From Roseiflexaceae bacterium (GTDB taxonomy: Bacteria > Chloroflexota > Chloroflexia > Chloroflexales > Roseiflexaceae): a DNA stretch of 64,000 bases. Positions 36,954 through 46,684 of this stretch are shown here, piece by piece. Position numbers and translations under genes: made by a program. The stretch covers positions 67,257-131,256 of the forward strand of contig JBBAWX010000006.1 of NCBI GenBank assembly GCA_040396955.1, given 5' to 3'. Under the pieces are notes generated by a model that worked only from the letters and a program-made list of their open reading frames with translations, did not search any database and was not told where the DNA came from. Within the stretch, counting starts at the first letter, position 1. Every line of letters begins with the position of its first letter.

Positions 36954-38098
36954 GTGCTTCATCATCCGCCTCCGAGCATCTCGAAACGCTGGCCGTCCAC
37001 GCTGGACACCAGGTCGATCCACACAACGGTGCGGTAACCCCGTCCATCGTGCTGTCGACAACCTTCGAACGCCATGTTGATGGGAGTTTCCCCAGCGGCT
37101 ATGTGTATACACGGAGCCAGAACCCGAATCGCAGTGCCCTCGAGACGGCACTCGCCACGCTCGAAGGCGGTGCACGTGCGTTTGCCTTTGCCTCTGGGCA
37201 AGCGGCCACGAACGCCGTTTTTCAGATGCTCAAAAGTGGCGACCATGTGGTTATCGCCACCGAGTCGTATTTCGGCACCCCCAAGCTGATGCGCGAGGTC
37301 TACATGCACCTTGGCATCACGGCCTCGTTTGTCGACATGAGCAATCTGACCGCAGTCCAAGCTGCTCTCACTCCGCAGACCAAAATCGTCTGGGTGGAGA
37401 CCCCTTCAAACCCGCTATTGACCATCAGCGACATTGCCGCCATCAGCACCCTGGCACATTCCGTGGGGGCGCTCGTGGTCGTCGACAACACCTGGGCTTC
37501 CCCCATCATGCAACGCCCGCTCAGCCTCGGTGCCGACATCGTAATGCACTCCACCACCAAGTACATCAGCGGGCACACCGATGCCCTCGGTGGCGCCTTG
37601 ATTACTGCGCGTGACGACGAAACCAGCGCCCGCATCAACATGATACAGACACTGGCCGGCGCAGTACCCTCGCCCTTTGACTGCTGGCTCATCATGCGCG
37701 GCATCCGCACATTGCCATTGCGCGTGCGCCAACAGAGCCACAACGCTCAGCGTATCGCCGAGTTTTTGGCCGATCATCCTGCCGTGGAAACGGTCTTTTA
37801 TCCAGGGCTCGAAAGCCATCGCGGCCATGAGATTGCTTCCCAGCAAATGGTGGGCGGTTTTGGGGGCATGTTGTCGTTTGCGGTGCATGGCGGAGCGCCT
37901 GCGGCCATGGCGATTAGCAACCGTCTGCAGTATTTCACCCGTGCAACCAGCCTTGGCGGGGTCGAGAGCTTGATTGAGCACCGGGCATCCATCGAGGGTC
38001 CAGGGAGCCTGACTCCGCAAAACCTGTTGCGCGTATCGGTCGGCATCGAGCATGTCGACGACCTGATTGGCGATCTCCGCCAGGCGCTGAACGTCTGA
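36950..38098 (+). CDS. Cys/Met-metabolism PLP enzyme (cystathionine gamma-synthase / beta-lyase / gamma-lyase family)
   Basis: 382 aa from the ATG in an ATGA overlap with the lysE-family stop. PLP-lysine motif HSTTKYISGHTD, and N-terminal TLAVHAGH. The 590-aa ORF in the track is an upstream run-on. Confidence 0.85.
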   Translation: MSASSSASEHLETLAVHAGHQVDPHNGAVTPSIVLSTTFERHVDGSFPSGYVYTRSQNPNRSALETALATLEGGARAFAFASGQAATNAVFQMLKSGDHVVIATESYFGTPKLMREVYMHLGITASFVDMSNLTAVQAALTPQTKIVWVETPSNPLLTISDIAAISTLAHSVGALVVVDNTWASPIMQRPLSLGADIVMHSTTKYISGHTDALGGALITARDDETSARINMIQTLAGAVPSPFDCWLIMRGIRTLPLRVRQQSHNAQRIAEFLADHPAVETVFYPGLESHRGHEIASQQMVGGFGGMLSFAVHGGAPAAMAISNRLQYFTRATSLGGVESLIEHRASIEGPGSLTPQNLLRVSVGIEHVDDLIGDLRQALNV

Positions 38099-38159
38099 CG
38101 AGTTCGATAGTGTGAATGTGTGTGTGTATTCGTCGCCCGTTATGGAGAAAGGCACCATC

Positions 38160-38333
38160 ATGGCAGCTCATGCAGTGTGTCCGGAATGTGACGCAGACAT
38201 CATCTTTGCCCCTGGGACCGTGGCCGGCGAAATCATCGTCTGCCCCGATTGTGCGGCCGAACTGGAAGTTATTTCGGTTACGCCGGCAGCCGTCGAATTG
38301 GCCCCCGAGGTTGGCGAGGACTGGGGCGAATAA
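38160..38333 (+). CDS. lysW: amino-group carrier protein LysW
   Basis: 57 aa from ATG 38160 (GGAGAAAGG SD). Zinc ribbon CPECD...CPDC and an acidic C-terminus ending EDWGE, the hallmark of LysW (alpha-aminoadipate carrier). Confidence 0.85.
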   Translation: MAAHAVCPECDADIIFAPGTVAGEIIVCPDCAAELEVISVTPAAVELAPEVGEDWGE

Positions 38334-38364
38334 CTGCTCTCATTTACCAGAAGAGGAGATGCCC

Positions 38365-39225
38365 ATGCGCATCGGTGTGCTGTGTTCGCGGATTCGTGTC
38401 GAAGAGAAACTCCTCTTCGCCGAACTCGAAGCCCGTGGAATCGAATATGTGCGCCTCAACGATGATGAGCTCATTTTTGACCTGAACTCCGGATCGTACC
38501 CGTACGACGTCGTACTCGAGCGCTCCATTCATCATTCGCGTGCGCTCTATGCGCTCCATGCCCTCAACGATGCGGGTGTCCCAACCGTTAATACGGCCCA
38601 CGTGGCTCGTATTTGTGGTGACAAATTCTTGACCACCCAGGCGCTCATCAGCCATGGGGTGCCCACCCCCAAGACCCGGATGGCCTTTACGGCCGAATCA
38701 GCGCTCCAGGCCATCGAAGAGCTCGGCTACCCGGCGGTGCTCAAGCCGGCCATCGGCTCGTGGGGACGCCTGATTTCCAAGGTCAACGACCGTGAAGCCG
38801 CCGAGTCCATCCTCGAGCACAAAGAAATCCTCGGCTCCTATCACCATTCGATTTTTTACATCCAAGAGTACGTCAACAAACCCAACATGCGCGACATCCG
38901 GGCCTTCGTGGTCGATGACGCATGCATTGGTGCCATTTATCGCACGAGCCCACACTGGATTACCAACACGGCCCGCGGCGGGCAAGCCAGTGTGTGCCCG
39001 TTGACCAGCGAACTCACCGATATCTGCGTGGCGGCCGCCCAGGCGGTGGGAGGTGGCGTCGTGGCCATCGACCTCCTCGAAGACAACGACGGACAGTTGC
39101 TCGTCAACGAAGTCAACTACACCATGGAGTTCCGCAATAGTATTACTCCGACGGGTGTCAATATTCCCGGCCGCATCATCGACTACACCGTCGCTGTGGC
39201 ACAGGGCCACCGAAAGGGGCTGTGA
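38365..39225 (+). CDS. lysX: RimK-type ATP-grasp ligase LysX (LysW--alpha-aminoadipate ligase)
   Basis: 286 aa. [18 protein letters not shown]-terminus and an ATP-grasp core ([18 protein letters not shown]). Sits immediately after lysW. ATG 38365 has better SD spacing than ATG 38359. Confidence 0.85.
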   Translation: MRIGVLCSRIRVEEKLLFAELEARGIEYVRLNDDELIFDLNSGSYPYDVVLERSIHHSRALYALHALNDAGVPTVNTAHVARICGDKFLTTQALISHGVPTPKTRMAFTAESALQAIEELGYPAVLKPAIGSWGRLISKVNDREAAESILEHKEILGSYHHSIFYIQEYVNKPNMRDIRAFVVDDACIGAIYRTSPHWITNTARGGQASVCPLTSELTDICVAAAQAVGGGVVAIDLLEDNDGQLLVNEVNYTMEFRNSITPTGVNIPGRIIDYTVAVAQGHRKGL

Positions 39226-39791
39226 TGACGCGACCATGGCAGGTACTCGGCCGCCGCACGCTCCACCAGAGCGAATGGGTGAGCCTGCATCAAGACGACG
39301 TGCGGCTCCCCGACGGGAGCATCATCCATGGTCACCACGTAGTGGACTACCCTCGGCCAGCGGTCGGGGTGGTGCCACTGCGAAGCGACGGTGCCGTGCT
39401 CCTCGTCGAACACTACCGTTTCATTGTCGACCGCACCCACTGGGAAATCCCAGCCGGGCGGGTCGATGTGGGCGAGGATCATACCCAAGCAGCGACCCGT
39501 GAACTCTTCGAAGAAAGTGGTGCAATCGCCCAACGATTGACCTACCTGGGCTGTTATCACCCCGCCAACGGCAGTAGCAACCAGACCTTTTTCGTGCATG
39601 TGGCCGAGGGGGTGGAGCAGGTGGCCGCCATCAGCGACACCAACGAAATCATGTCGGCCCGCTGGTTCACACCGGCCGAAATCTGGCACCTCATCACACA
39701 CAACGAAATTCGCGATGGACTCACCTTGACCGCATGGCTGTGGTGTGATGCCTACTTGCGTGGCATCTTCTCACCAAGGAGCACGCCATGA
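39222..39791 (+). CDS. NUDIX hydrolase (ADP-ribose pyrophosphatase-like)
   Basis: 189 aa. Perfect Nudix box [23 protein letters not shown] (Gx5Ex7REUxEExGU). Overlaps both the lysX stop (GTGATG) and the lysY start (ATGA). Confidence 0.85.
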   Translation: MMTRPWQVLGRRTLHQSEWVSLHQDDVRLPDGSIIHGHHVVDYPRPAVGVVPLRSDGAVLLVEHYRFIVDRTHWEIPAGRVDVGEDHTQAATRELFEESGAIAQRLTYLGCYHPANGSSNQTFFVHVAEGVEQVAAISDTNEIMSARWFTPAEIWHLITHNEIRDGLTLTAWLWCDAYLRGIFSPRSTP

Positions 39792-40822
39792 TCCGTGTAT
39801 CAATTGTAGGTGGCAGTGGCTACGTGGGGGGGGAGCTGTTGCGCTTGTTGTTGCGCCACCCACACGTCGACATCAACCAGGTGACGTCGGAGCGCTTGGC
39901 CGGCAAGCCGGTGACGAGCACGCACCCACACCTACGCGGTCACACCGACCTCGTTTACACCAGCCAAAGCCAACTGAGCGACTGCGACCTATTGATCTTG
40001 GCCTTGCCACATGGATCGGCGGCGACCCGCATCACCGCCTACGCCGAGCTGGCCCCACGCATCATCGACTGCTCGGCCGATTTTCGGTTGCGCGACCCCG
40101 ATGCATATCAGCGCTGGTACGGTGAGGCACATGCCAACCCGGCATGGCTGGAACGGTTCGTATACGGTCTGCCTGAACTCAACCGCGACGCCATTCGCAC
40201 TGCCACCCATGTCAGCGGGGTCGGCTGCAACGCCACCGCCACCACCTTGGCACTCCTCCCGTTGGTGCGGGCCGGCATTCTTGCCCCACACGACGTGGTC
40301 ATCAGCGACGTCAAAGTGGGCTCTTCCGAGGGGGGCGCGCAGAGCAACGATGGCTCACACCACCCAGAGCGGAGCGGTGTGGTACGCACCTTTGCGGCGA
40401 CCGGCCATCGCCATACCGCTGAAGTCATCCAAGCCACAGGGCTCACCAATGTGCATCTCTCGATTACGAGCGTGGAGCTTGTCCGTGGCGCAGTGGCCAC
40501 AGTCCACTGCCTGCCTCAGCAGGTGGTCGATGAAAAAGCACTCTGGCGCGCCTACCGTGGTTGTTACCGCGAAGAGCCGTTTGTGCGCATCGTGCGTGAA
40601 CGCGGTGGCATCCACCGTCTGCCCGAGCCTAAGTTGCTGAGTGGCACCAACTATGCCGATGTGGGATTCGACATCGACCCGCAGAGTGGGCGTATTGTGA
40701 GCATCTGCGCCATCGACAACTTGATGAAAGGGGCGGCCGGCAGTGCACTACAATGCCTCAACTTGATGTGCGGATTCCCCGAACACACCGCGCTTGACCA
40801 GATTGGGCTCCACCCATCATAA
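39788..40822 (+). CDS. lysY: [LysW]-aminoadipate-6-phosphate reductase (ArgC-like)
   Basis: 344 aa. VSIVGGSGYVGGELLRLL NAD(P) fold and the active-site Cys segment SGVGCNATA typical of ArgC/LysY. Confidence 0.85.
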   Translation: MIRVSIVGGSGYVGGELLRLLLRHPHVDINQVTSERLAGKPVTSTHPHLRGHTDLVYTSQSQLSDCDLLILALPHGSAATRITAYAELAPRIIDCSADFRLRDPDAYQRWYGEAHANPAWLERFVYGLPELNRDAIRTATHVSGVGCNATATTLALLPLVRAGILAPHDVVISDVKVGSSEGGAQSNDGSHHPERSGVVRTFAATGHRHTAEVIQATGLTNVHLSITSVELVRGAVATVHCLPQQVVDEKALWRAYRGCYREEPFVRIVRERGGIHRLPEPKLLSGTNYADVGFDIDPQSGRIVSICAIDNLMKGAAGSALQCLNLMCGFPEHTALDQIGLHPS

Positions 40823-40888
40823 CGACTACGCACAGACGTGTGCAACCCGTTTCGTATGGCCACCTACTAGACAAGGACGATTTTAATT

Positions 40889-41797
40889 ATGTCACGTAAC
40901 TGGGCCATTGCCGGCATGATTCTGGCCTGCATCTTGTGGGGGAGCTCACACGCCATCGCCAAAGCCGCGCTCGACACCGTGCCACCGTTTTTGTTGGGAG
41001 CACTGCGCATCAGTATGACCATTCCCGTGCTGTCGTTGATTTTTTGGGGCACCAAGCGCCAAGCCGTCACTCCCAGCGATCGTTGGCCCATGGCACGGTT
41101 GAGCATGATAGGGGTGGTGGCAAGTTTTGTCTTTGGCTATAGTGGTATCAACCTAACCCTTTCATCAGATGCCTCCCTGCTCATCATCGGTGAGGTCATT
41201 TTTACGGCCGTGTTGGCGGCGTTCTTACTCCGTGAGCGCATCGAGCGCAATCGGCTCATCGGGGTCATCGTGGGCACGGTTGGAGCGGTCATCCTGATTG
41301 TCGGGTCAGCTGGCGCCAATAGTGAGGCAGCCCCCAACCGGCTCTTGGGGAATCTGTTGTTTTTGGCATGTCTTGCCTGTGAGTCCTACTACACGGTCCG
41401 CGGTGGAGTCTTCCTCAAACGCAACGACGCCATTAGCATGATGCTCATCGTCAACGCCGTCAGCCTGGTTGTATGGGTCCCCATCATCGTCTGGTACGCC
41501 AGTAGTGGGCAATTCCCGGTTTTTGACAATATCACCCTGCTCAGCACCATCTACTTGGCGCTCGTGCCCTCGGTGCTCTGCTACTTCTTGTGGTTCAACG
41601 CCATCCAGCACGTCGGTGCCACAGTCGCTGCCGTTGCACTGCTCTTCCAGCCGGTGGTAGGGGCACTACTCGGGATTACTCTGATGGGCGACCCGATTAC
41701 CTGGCCGTTCATCATCGGAGGGACACTCGTCATCGGTGCACTCGTGCTAACCAGTCTGCCACAGGATGCCATGCGCACTACGGAGGCCAGCGTATGA
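40889..41797 (+). CDS. EamA/DMT-family transporter (10 TM)
   Basis: 302 aa with two EamA repeats. ILWGSSHAIAKAAL and IIGEVIFTAVLAAFLLRERI motifs. Confidence 0.8.
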   Translation: MSRNWAIAGMILACILWGSSHAIAKAALDTVPPFLLGALRISMTIPVLSLIFWGTKRQAVTPSDRWPMARLSMIGVVASFVFGYSGINLTLSSDASLLIIGEVIFTAVLAAFLLRERIERNRLIGVIVGTVGAVILIVGSAGANSEAAPNRLLGNLLFLACLACESYYTVRGGVFLKRNDAISMMLIVNAVSLVVWVPIIVWYASSGQFPVFDNITLLSTIYLALVPSVLCYFLWFNAIQHVGATVAAVALLFQPVVGALLGITLMGDPITWPFIIGGTLVIGALVLTSLPQDAMRTTEASV

Positions 41798-42711
41798 GCA
41801 CGACTTGGGCCCTCATCCTGCTTGCCATTGCCAACATTCTCTGGGGATCATCACACGCCGTCGGCAAAATTGCCACTGATTCATTCGAGCCCGTGCTCCT
41901 CGCCGGCTTGCGGGTTGTCTTCGCGACTGCGTGTTTTTGGGGATTACGCCTCAGCGGCGTGGCCCCAAGTGAGCCAATGCCCGCCGGGCAACGCCTGCGA
42001 CTCGCCCTCTTAGGACTGATTGCGGTGGCAGCCGCACAGATGCTCGACTACAGTGGCCTCAATTTGACCACAGCCACCGACTCATCACTGATGATTATCG
42101 GTGAAGTCATTTTTACCGCTGTGCTCGCCGTCTTCATTGCCAAAGAATACCTTGGCTGGCAACGTGGTATTGGCATGATCATCGGCATCGTTGGGGTCGT
42201 CATCCTCACACTTGGCGGAGCACCTGACACCGAATATGCGCCGAACCGCGCCCTCGGCAACACGCTGGTCTTGGCAGCCCTGCTCTGTGAATCTATTTTC
42301 ACCGTGCTCGGTGCCAGCCTCGCACAACGCTTTCACCCCATGACGATCATGCGTTGGACCTACACGGGCAGTTTGGTCATCTGGGTGCCGTACATCGTCT
42401 TTGTACTCATCACCGGTGCATTCCCCAGTGTGGGCTGGGATGCGTGGGTAGCGGTGGCCTATGTGGCCGTCTTTACCTCGGTCATCAGCTATCTGCTCTG
42501 GTTTTGGGTGCTCCGCACCGCCGGCTCAAGCCTCGGCGCGATGTCGCTGTTCATCCAACCGATTGTGGGATCGCTGATTGGGCTCTTCATCCTCAAAGAA
42601 GGCAGTAGCCCGGGGTTACTCGTCGGCGGCACGCTCATTTTTGTGGCACTCGCTCTGGCTACCTTCCAAAAGGAACCAACCACCCCCACGCAAAGGAGTC
42701 ACCCATCATGA
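41794..42711 (+). CDS. EamA/DMT-family transporter, tandem paralogue
   Basis: 305 aa from the ATG in an ATGA overlap. ILWGSSHAVGKIAT and IIGEVIFTAVLAVFIAKEYL closely parallel the preceding gene. Confidence 0.8.
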   Translation: MSTTWALILLAIANILWGSSHAVGKIATDSFEPVLLAGLRVVFATACFWGLRLSGVAPSEPMPAGQRLRLALLGLIAVAAAQMLDYSGLNLTTATDSSLMIIGEVIFTAVLAVFIAKEYLGWQRGIGMIIGIVGVVILTLGGAPDTEYAPNRALGNTLVLAALLCESIFTVLGASLAQRFHPMTIMRWTYTGSLVIWVPYIVFVLITGAFPSVGWDAWVAVAYVAVFTSVISYLLWFWVLRTAGSSLGAMSLFIQPIVGSLIGLFILKEGSSPGLLVGGTLIFVALALATFQKEPTTPTQRSHPS

Positions 42712-43511
42712 TTGTCGTCAAAGTCGGCGGTGGTCTCGATGTCGATTACGGCGCGCTTTGTGACGACATCGCGCAGCTTCAGCAGGCCGGGCAGCAGGTC
42801 GTGCTTGTCCACGGCGGCTCCGAAGAGACCAACCGCGTGGCCACCGCACTCGGCACCCCACCACGGTTTGTGACCACCGCATCTGGCCATGTCAGTCGCT
42901 ACACCGATCAAGCCGCCATGGATGTGTTCATGATGATCTATGCCGGCAAAATCAACAAGCGCGTCGTGGAGTTGTTGCAACAACGTGGCATCAACGCCTT
43001 CGGCTGTAGTGGGCTCGATGGCCGTATCCTCACGGCACAACGCAAGGCGCAGCTTCGCATCGTGGAAAACGGCAAGCAACTCATCTTGCGTGACGACCGC
43101 ACCGGCACCATTGAGGCGGTCAACCAAGCCGTGCTTCACACCATGATGCAGGCAGGCCTAACGCCCGTAATCGCGCCGATTGCCTGTAGCCATGACGGCG
43201 AGGCGCTCAACGTGGATGGCGACCGCGCTGCGGCACAGATTGCGATGGCGCTCAAGGCCGACACGCTCGTCTTGTTGTCGAGTGTACCAGGTCTATTACG
43301 GAACTTCCCCGACACCAGTACCCTTATTCCGCACATTGGGAGACACGACATCGAACGCTACATGGATGTCGCCCAAGGGCGCATGAAAAAGAAGGTCATG
43401 GGAGCCGGTGAGGCCCTCGTAGGCGGGGTCAAACGTGTCATCATGGCCGATGCACGCATTGCGCAGCCCATTCAAATGGCACTAGCCGGGCAAGGCACGG
43501 TCATCGACTAA
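42708..43511 (+). CDS. lysZ: [LysW]-aminoadipate kinase (ArgB-like amino-acid kinase)
   Basis: 267 aa. MIVVKVGGG and VLVHGGS amino-acid-kinase motifs. ATGA overlap with the EamA stop. Confidence 0.85.
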   Translation: MIVVKVGGGLDVDYGALCDDIAQLQQAGQQVVLVHGGSEETNRVATALGTPPRFVTTASGHVSRYTDQAAMDVFMMIYAGKINKRVVELLQQRGINAFGCSGLDGRILTAQRKAQLRIVENGKQLILRDDRTGTIEAVNQAVLHTMMQAGLTPVIAPIACSHDGEALNVDGDRAAAQIAMALKADTLVLLSSVPGLLRNFPDTSTLIPHIGRHDIERYMDVAQGRMKKKVMGAGEALVGGVKRVIMADARIAQPIQMALAGQGTVID

Positions 43512-44008
43512 GTTGTAGTGGCCGCCTGTTGCAACAGCGCAATCAGTGGTGCCTGATCGATGGTGTGTGCCTGCGCAAAGCCGCCCACAAAGCGTGATGA
43601 TGCGACGACGACCCGCACCAACACGAAATCGGCGAAGCCGAAGCGCATCTCGGCCGCCGGAAAGCGGCGAAGATAGGCGGCTCGACATGCTTCGTAGCGT
43701 GTATCCGCCGTATTCAACACCTGTGCAGTACCCGCAATACTGAGGCGTGCCAAGGTCTGCACATCGACAATATCGGGGTGGTCAGGCGCGGTCAACAACA
43801 CGGCCACACGCGGGTCTTGCAGGAGCTGACGGGTATGTGCGGCCAGCGTACTCACGTGCAGGATGAGCGACGTGCCATCAGGCTCGATGGCAAAGGCGAC
43901 CATGCCCACATTGGGAGCGCCGTCAGGAGCAACAGTGGCGAGCGCTGCACTGCGTTGCTGGCACAATGCGCCAATGACGGTCGCAACATCGGATTGTGTC
44001 ATCACCAA
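43508..44008 (-). CDS. pyridoxamine 5'-phosphate oxidase-like FMN-binding split-barrel protein
   Basis: 166 aa. Pattern AALATVAPDGAPNVGMVAF...LILHVSTLAAHTRQL...RVAVL is typical of the PNPOx/HugZ-like family. Convergent 4-nt overlap with lysZ. Confidence 0.65.
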   Translation of the reverse strand: MVMTQSDVATVIGALCQQRSAALATVAPDGAPNVGMVAFAIEPDGTSLILHVSTLAAHTRQLLQDPRVAVLLTAPDHPDIVDVQTLARLSIAGTAQVLNTADTRYEACRAAYLRRFPAAEMRFGFADFVLVRVVVASSRFVGGFAQAHTIDQAPLIALLQQAATTT

Positions 44009-44063
44009 GACTCGTTTCTAGCGAGGGATTGAGCATCCACATCATCTACCAACGGAAGGCATC

Positions 44064-45248
44064 ATGAGTATACCATCACCATTTACCACGCATGCCGATA
44101 TCATGGCTCACGAAGATGGGCGCACCAGTGGCGCCTACACCAAACGCGGTCTCGCCATTGTCCGCGGTCACGGCGCCACCCTGTGGGATGCCGATAATCG
44201 ATGCTACATCGATTGTGTGGGCGGTCAAGGATCGGCCAATTTGGGGCACGGCCACCCGGCCGTCGTGGCAGCCATCCAGGCACAGGCAGCGACGCTCATC
44301 CACTGCCCCGAAATTTTCCACAACGACCAACGGGCCGCCTACCTCACCGAGCTCGGTGCAGCCCTGCCAGAGGGGCTTGGTCGCATCTTTTTGTGTAATT
44401 CGGGCACCGAGGCCGTGGAAGCAGCCCTCAAATTTGCACGCTTAATCACCGGCCGGAGTGCAGTGGTCGCCGCCATGCGTGGCTTTCATGGGCGCACCAT
44501 GGGCGCGCTTTCGGCAACGTACGAACCCAAATACCGCGAGCCCTTTGAGCCTCTCATCCCCGGCGTCAGCCACGTGCCATTCAACAACGTGGCCAAGTTA
44601 GCCGCTGCCGTGAACACAGAAACCGCCGCCGTCATCCTTGAGCCGGTACAGGGCGAAGGCGGTGTACGCCCCGCCGATTCCGAGTTTTTGCGCGTAGCCG
44701 CCGATTTGTGTCGCACCCATGGCGCTCTGTTGCTCATCGACGAAGTCCAGACCGGCTTTGGGCGCACGGGCAGTCTCTTTGCGATTACGCAGTTTGGCAT
44801 CACCCCCGATGTACTCATCATGGCCAAATCAATGGCCGGTGGCATCCCCATGGGCGCTATCGCCATGCATGAACGCTGGGGGGGATTTACTCCCTCGAGT
44901 CATGGCTCTACCTTCGGCGGCAATCCGCTCGCCTGCGCCGCCGCCCGGGCCACACTCAAAGCGCTACTCGATGACGATATCCCGGCCCAGGCAGCGCACA
45001 AAGGCGCGCACCTGATGCGCGAGCTCGCCGCACGCAACCTGAGCCATGTGCGTGAAATCCGCGGGCGTGGTCTGCTGATTGGCATTGAGCTCAAAGAACG
45101 TGTCCAACCTACCCTTGCTACTCTCATGGAACGCGGTCTCCTTGCACTCCCTGCTGGCCCCAACGTACTTCGGCTGTTGCCACCACTCATCATCAGCGAC
45201 GCCGAAATCGACCAGGTCGTCGACATCGTGTCCCAGGTGCTGGCATGA
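44064..45248 (+). CDS. lysJ: class III aminotransferase LysJ/ArgD ([LysW]-aminoadipate semialdehyde / acetylornithine aminotransferase)
   Basis: 394 aa. NSGTEAVEAALKFAR, DEVQTGFGRTG, and PLP-lysine segment IMAKSMAGG. Confidence 0.85.
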   Translation: MSIPSPFTTHADIMAHEDGRTSGAYTKRGLAIVRGHGATLWDADNRCYIDCVGGQGSANLGHGHPAVVAAIQAQAATLIHCPEIFHNDQRAAYLTELGAALPEGLGRIFLCNSGTEAVEAALKFARLITGRSAVVAAMRGFHGRTMGALSATYEPKYREPFEPLIPGVSHVPFNNVAKLAAAVNTETAAVILEPVQGEGGVRPADSEFLRVAADLCRTHGALLLIDEVQTGFGRTGSLFAITQFGITPDVLIMAKSMAGGIPMGAIAMHERWGGFTPSSHGSTFGGNPLACAAARATLKALLDDDIPAQAAHKGAHLMRELAARNLSHVREIRGRGLLIGIELKERVQPTLATLMERGLLALPAGPNVLRLLPPLIISDAEIDQVVDIVSQVLA

Positions 45249-46312
45249 ACGATTACGCTGATGTGGAACTGCTTACTCGGGCCGTGCAGATTGACAGCCC
45301 CTCCACACACGAAGCCGAAGTCGCACAGTTCTTGGCAAGTGCCATGCACGATCGTGGCATCCCCAGCACCATTGACCGCGTCGGCAACGTGATTGGTCGC
45401 CTCGGCACGCATGGCCCCGAGATTGCCCTCCTCGGGCACATCGACACAGCTCCCGGGCACGTGCCGGTGCGCATCCACGATGGCAAGCTCTACGGACGCG
45501 GCAGTGTCGATGCCAAAGGTCCTTTTGTCACATTCATCTGTGCTGCCACCCGATTGGCACAGCGGGGCGAGCTCCCCTTTCGCCTGACGCTGATTGGCGC
45601 CGTCGAAGAAGAGTACGCCACCTCGCGTGGGGCACACTTTGTGGCGCAACGCTCCCATCCCCAGGCCTGTATCATCGGTGAGCCGAGCGGCTGGGACCGC
45701 GTCACACTCGGCTACAAAGGGCGCGTGCTCCTTACGGTGAGCACCAGTCAGCCGAGTGCGCATAGTGCTGGCCCAGAGCCCTCCGCACCAGAGCGGTGCA
45801 TGGCGGTTTGGCACCGCATTCAGCACTACTGTGCCGATTTCAATGCCGCACGCCCACGCCTCTTCGACCAACTCATGCCCTCGTTGCGCCAGATCGCATC
45901 CCACAGCGATGGCATCACCGATACCGCTCACGCCACTGTTGGTCTGCGCCTCCCCGCAGATCTCTCGCCCCATGTAGTGATGCACCAGATTGGGGCCTTG
46001 GGCGATGCACAGACCACCATGCTCTTTCGTGATGCCTGTGCGACCTGGCAATCACCACGCAACGATCCCTGCGCTACAGCACTCATCAGTAGCATTCGCC
46101 AACAGGGTGGGCAACCCGGCTATCTGCTCAAAACCGGCACCGCCGACATGAACGTCGTGGCCCCGCGCTGGCGCTGCCCCATCGTGGCCTACGGCCCCGG
46201 TGATTCTAGCCTCGATCATACTCCGGAGGAGCACATCGAGCTCGACGAATTCGCCCAAGCCATCGCCGTGCTGACACAGGCCCTGCCCGTGCTCGCAACT
46301 CGCCTCGGCTAA
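45245..46312 (+). CDS. lysK: M20-family [LysW]-lysine hydrolase / acetylornithine deacetylase-like
   Basis: 355 aa. LLGHIDTAP and GRGSVDAKG metal-binding motifs. ATGA overlap with lysJ. Confidence 0.8.
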   Translation: MNDYADVELLTRAVQIDSPSTHEAEVAQFLASAMHDRGIPSTIDRVGNVIGRLGTHGPEIALLGHIDTAPGHVPVRIHDGKLYGRGSVDAKGPFVTFICAATRLAQRGELPFRLTLIGAVEEEYATSRGAHFVAQRSHPQACIIGEPSGWDRVTLGYKGRVLLTVSTSQPSAHSAGPEPSAPERCMAVWHRIQHYCADFNAARPRLFDQLMPSLRQIASHSDGITDTAHATVGLRLPADLSPHVVMHQIGALGDAQTTMLFRDACATWQSPRNDPCATALISSIRQQGGQPGYLLKTGTADMNVVAPRWRCPIVAYGPGDSSLDHTPEEHIELDEFAQAIAVLTQALPVLATRLG

Positions 46313-46320
46313 CACGCCAC

Positions 46321-46347
46321 CCCCCACTGATAGCAAGGCAGTGGGGG
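46321..46347. terminator. hairpin between convergent lysK and the ArnE-like gene (possible bidirectional terminator)
   Basis: 9-bp stem CCCCCACTG (46321-46329) / CAGTGGGGG (46339-46347), 9-nt loop. No clear U-tract on either side. Confidence 0.35.
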
Positions 46348-46366
46348 AGGGCACCGATGAGTCACG

Positions 46367-46672
46367 CTACCAGGCGTAGACGATGACCCCCAGCATGATC
46401 AACACAAAATACTTCCACTGCGACCGGGCTACCGCTTCATCAAAAAACATCCAGCCAAATACCGGCGCAATAATATACGACAAAGACGAGCCAATGTAGA
46501 CCATGCCAACCCCCAAATCACGGGCAGCCAACATGGTACACGGCACCGCCAAACAAAACAGTGTCAAGCCGATAATCAACCACTTCAGCGCTTTGTGAGT
46601 GCTGTAGCGCTTATAAAACAACTGCCCGAGCACCGCAAAAAGCACGCTCCCCAAGAGAAAAATCCATGCCAT
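46367..46672 (-). CDS. small 4-TM EamA/SMR-like protein, ArnE-like (polyprenyl-phosphate-sugar flippase subunit-like)
   Basis: 101 aa. GQLFYKR, LGVGMVYIGSSLSYI and FFDEAV...W...LGVI parallel E. coli ArnE (GQLCQKQ, VPVGIAYPMLSLNFV, WHEPV...W..G) as I recall it. Confidence 0.6.
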   Translation of the reverse strand: MAWIFLLGSVLFAVLGQLFYKRYSTHKALKWLIIGLTLFCLAVPCTMLAARDLGVGMVYIGSSLSYIIAPVFGWMFFDEAVARSQWKYFVLIMLGVIVYAW

Positions 46673-46684
46673 GTGCGTTCCTCC

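Noticed and set aside
36326-38098. 590-aa ORF that would fuse an N-terminal extension to the Cys/Met PLP enzyme
   Set aside because: The first ~208 codons lie out of frame over the LysE-family gene, which has a typical LysE N-terminus and six TM segments. The PLP-enzyme homology begins at the ATG at 36950, which forms an ATGA overlap with the lysE-family stop.
38111-38130. GT-rich run (TGTGAATGTGTGTGTGTATT) between metB-like and lysW
   Set aside because: It is a short, imperfect dinucleotide run with no second copy or inverted partner. It is most likely just spacer sequence upstream of the lysW SD.
44900-46051. 383-aa minus-strand ORF opposite lysJ/lysK
   Set aside because: It is the antisense shadow of two genes with clear PLP-aminotransferase and M20 motifs. 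There is no motif of its own. Similar shadows at 8169-9137, 21744-22676, 37415-38161, 51820-52557 and 57882-58733 were rejected for the same reason.
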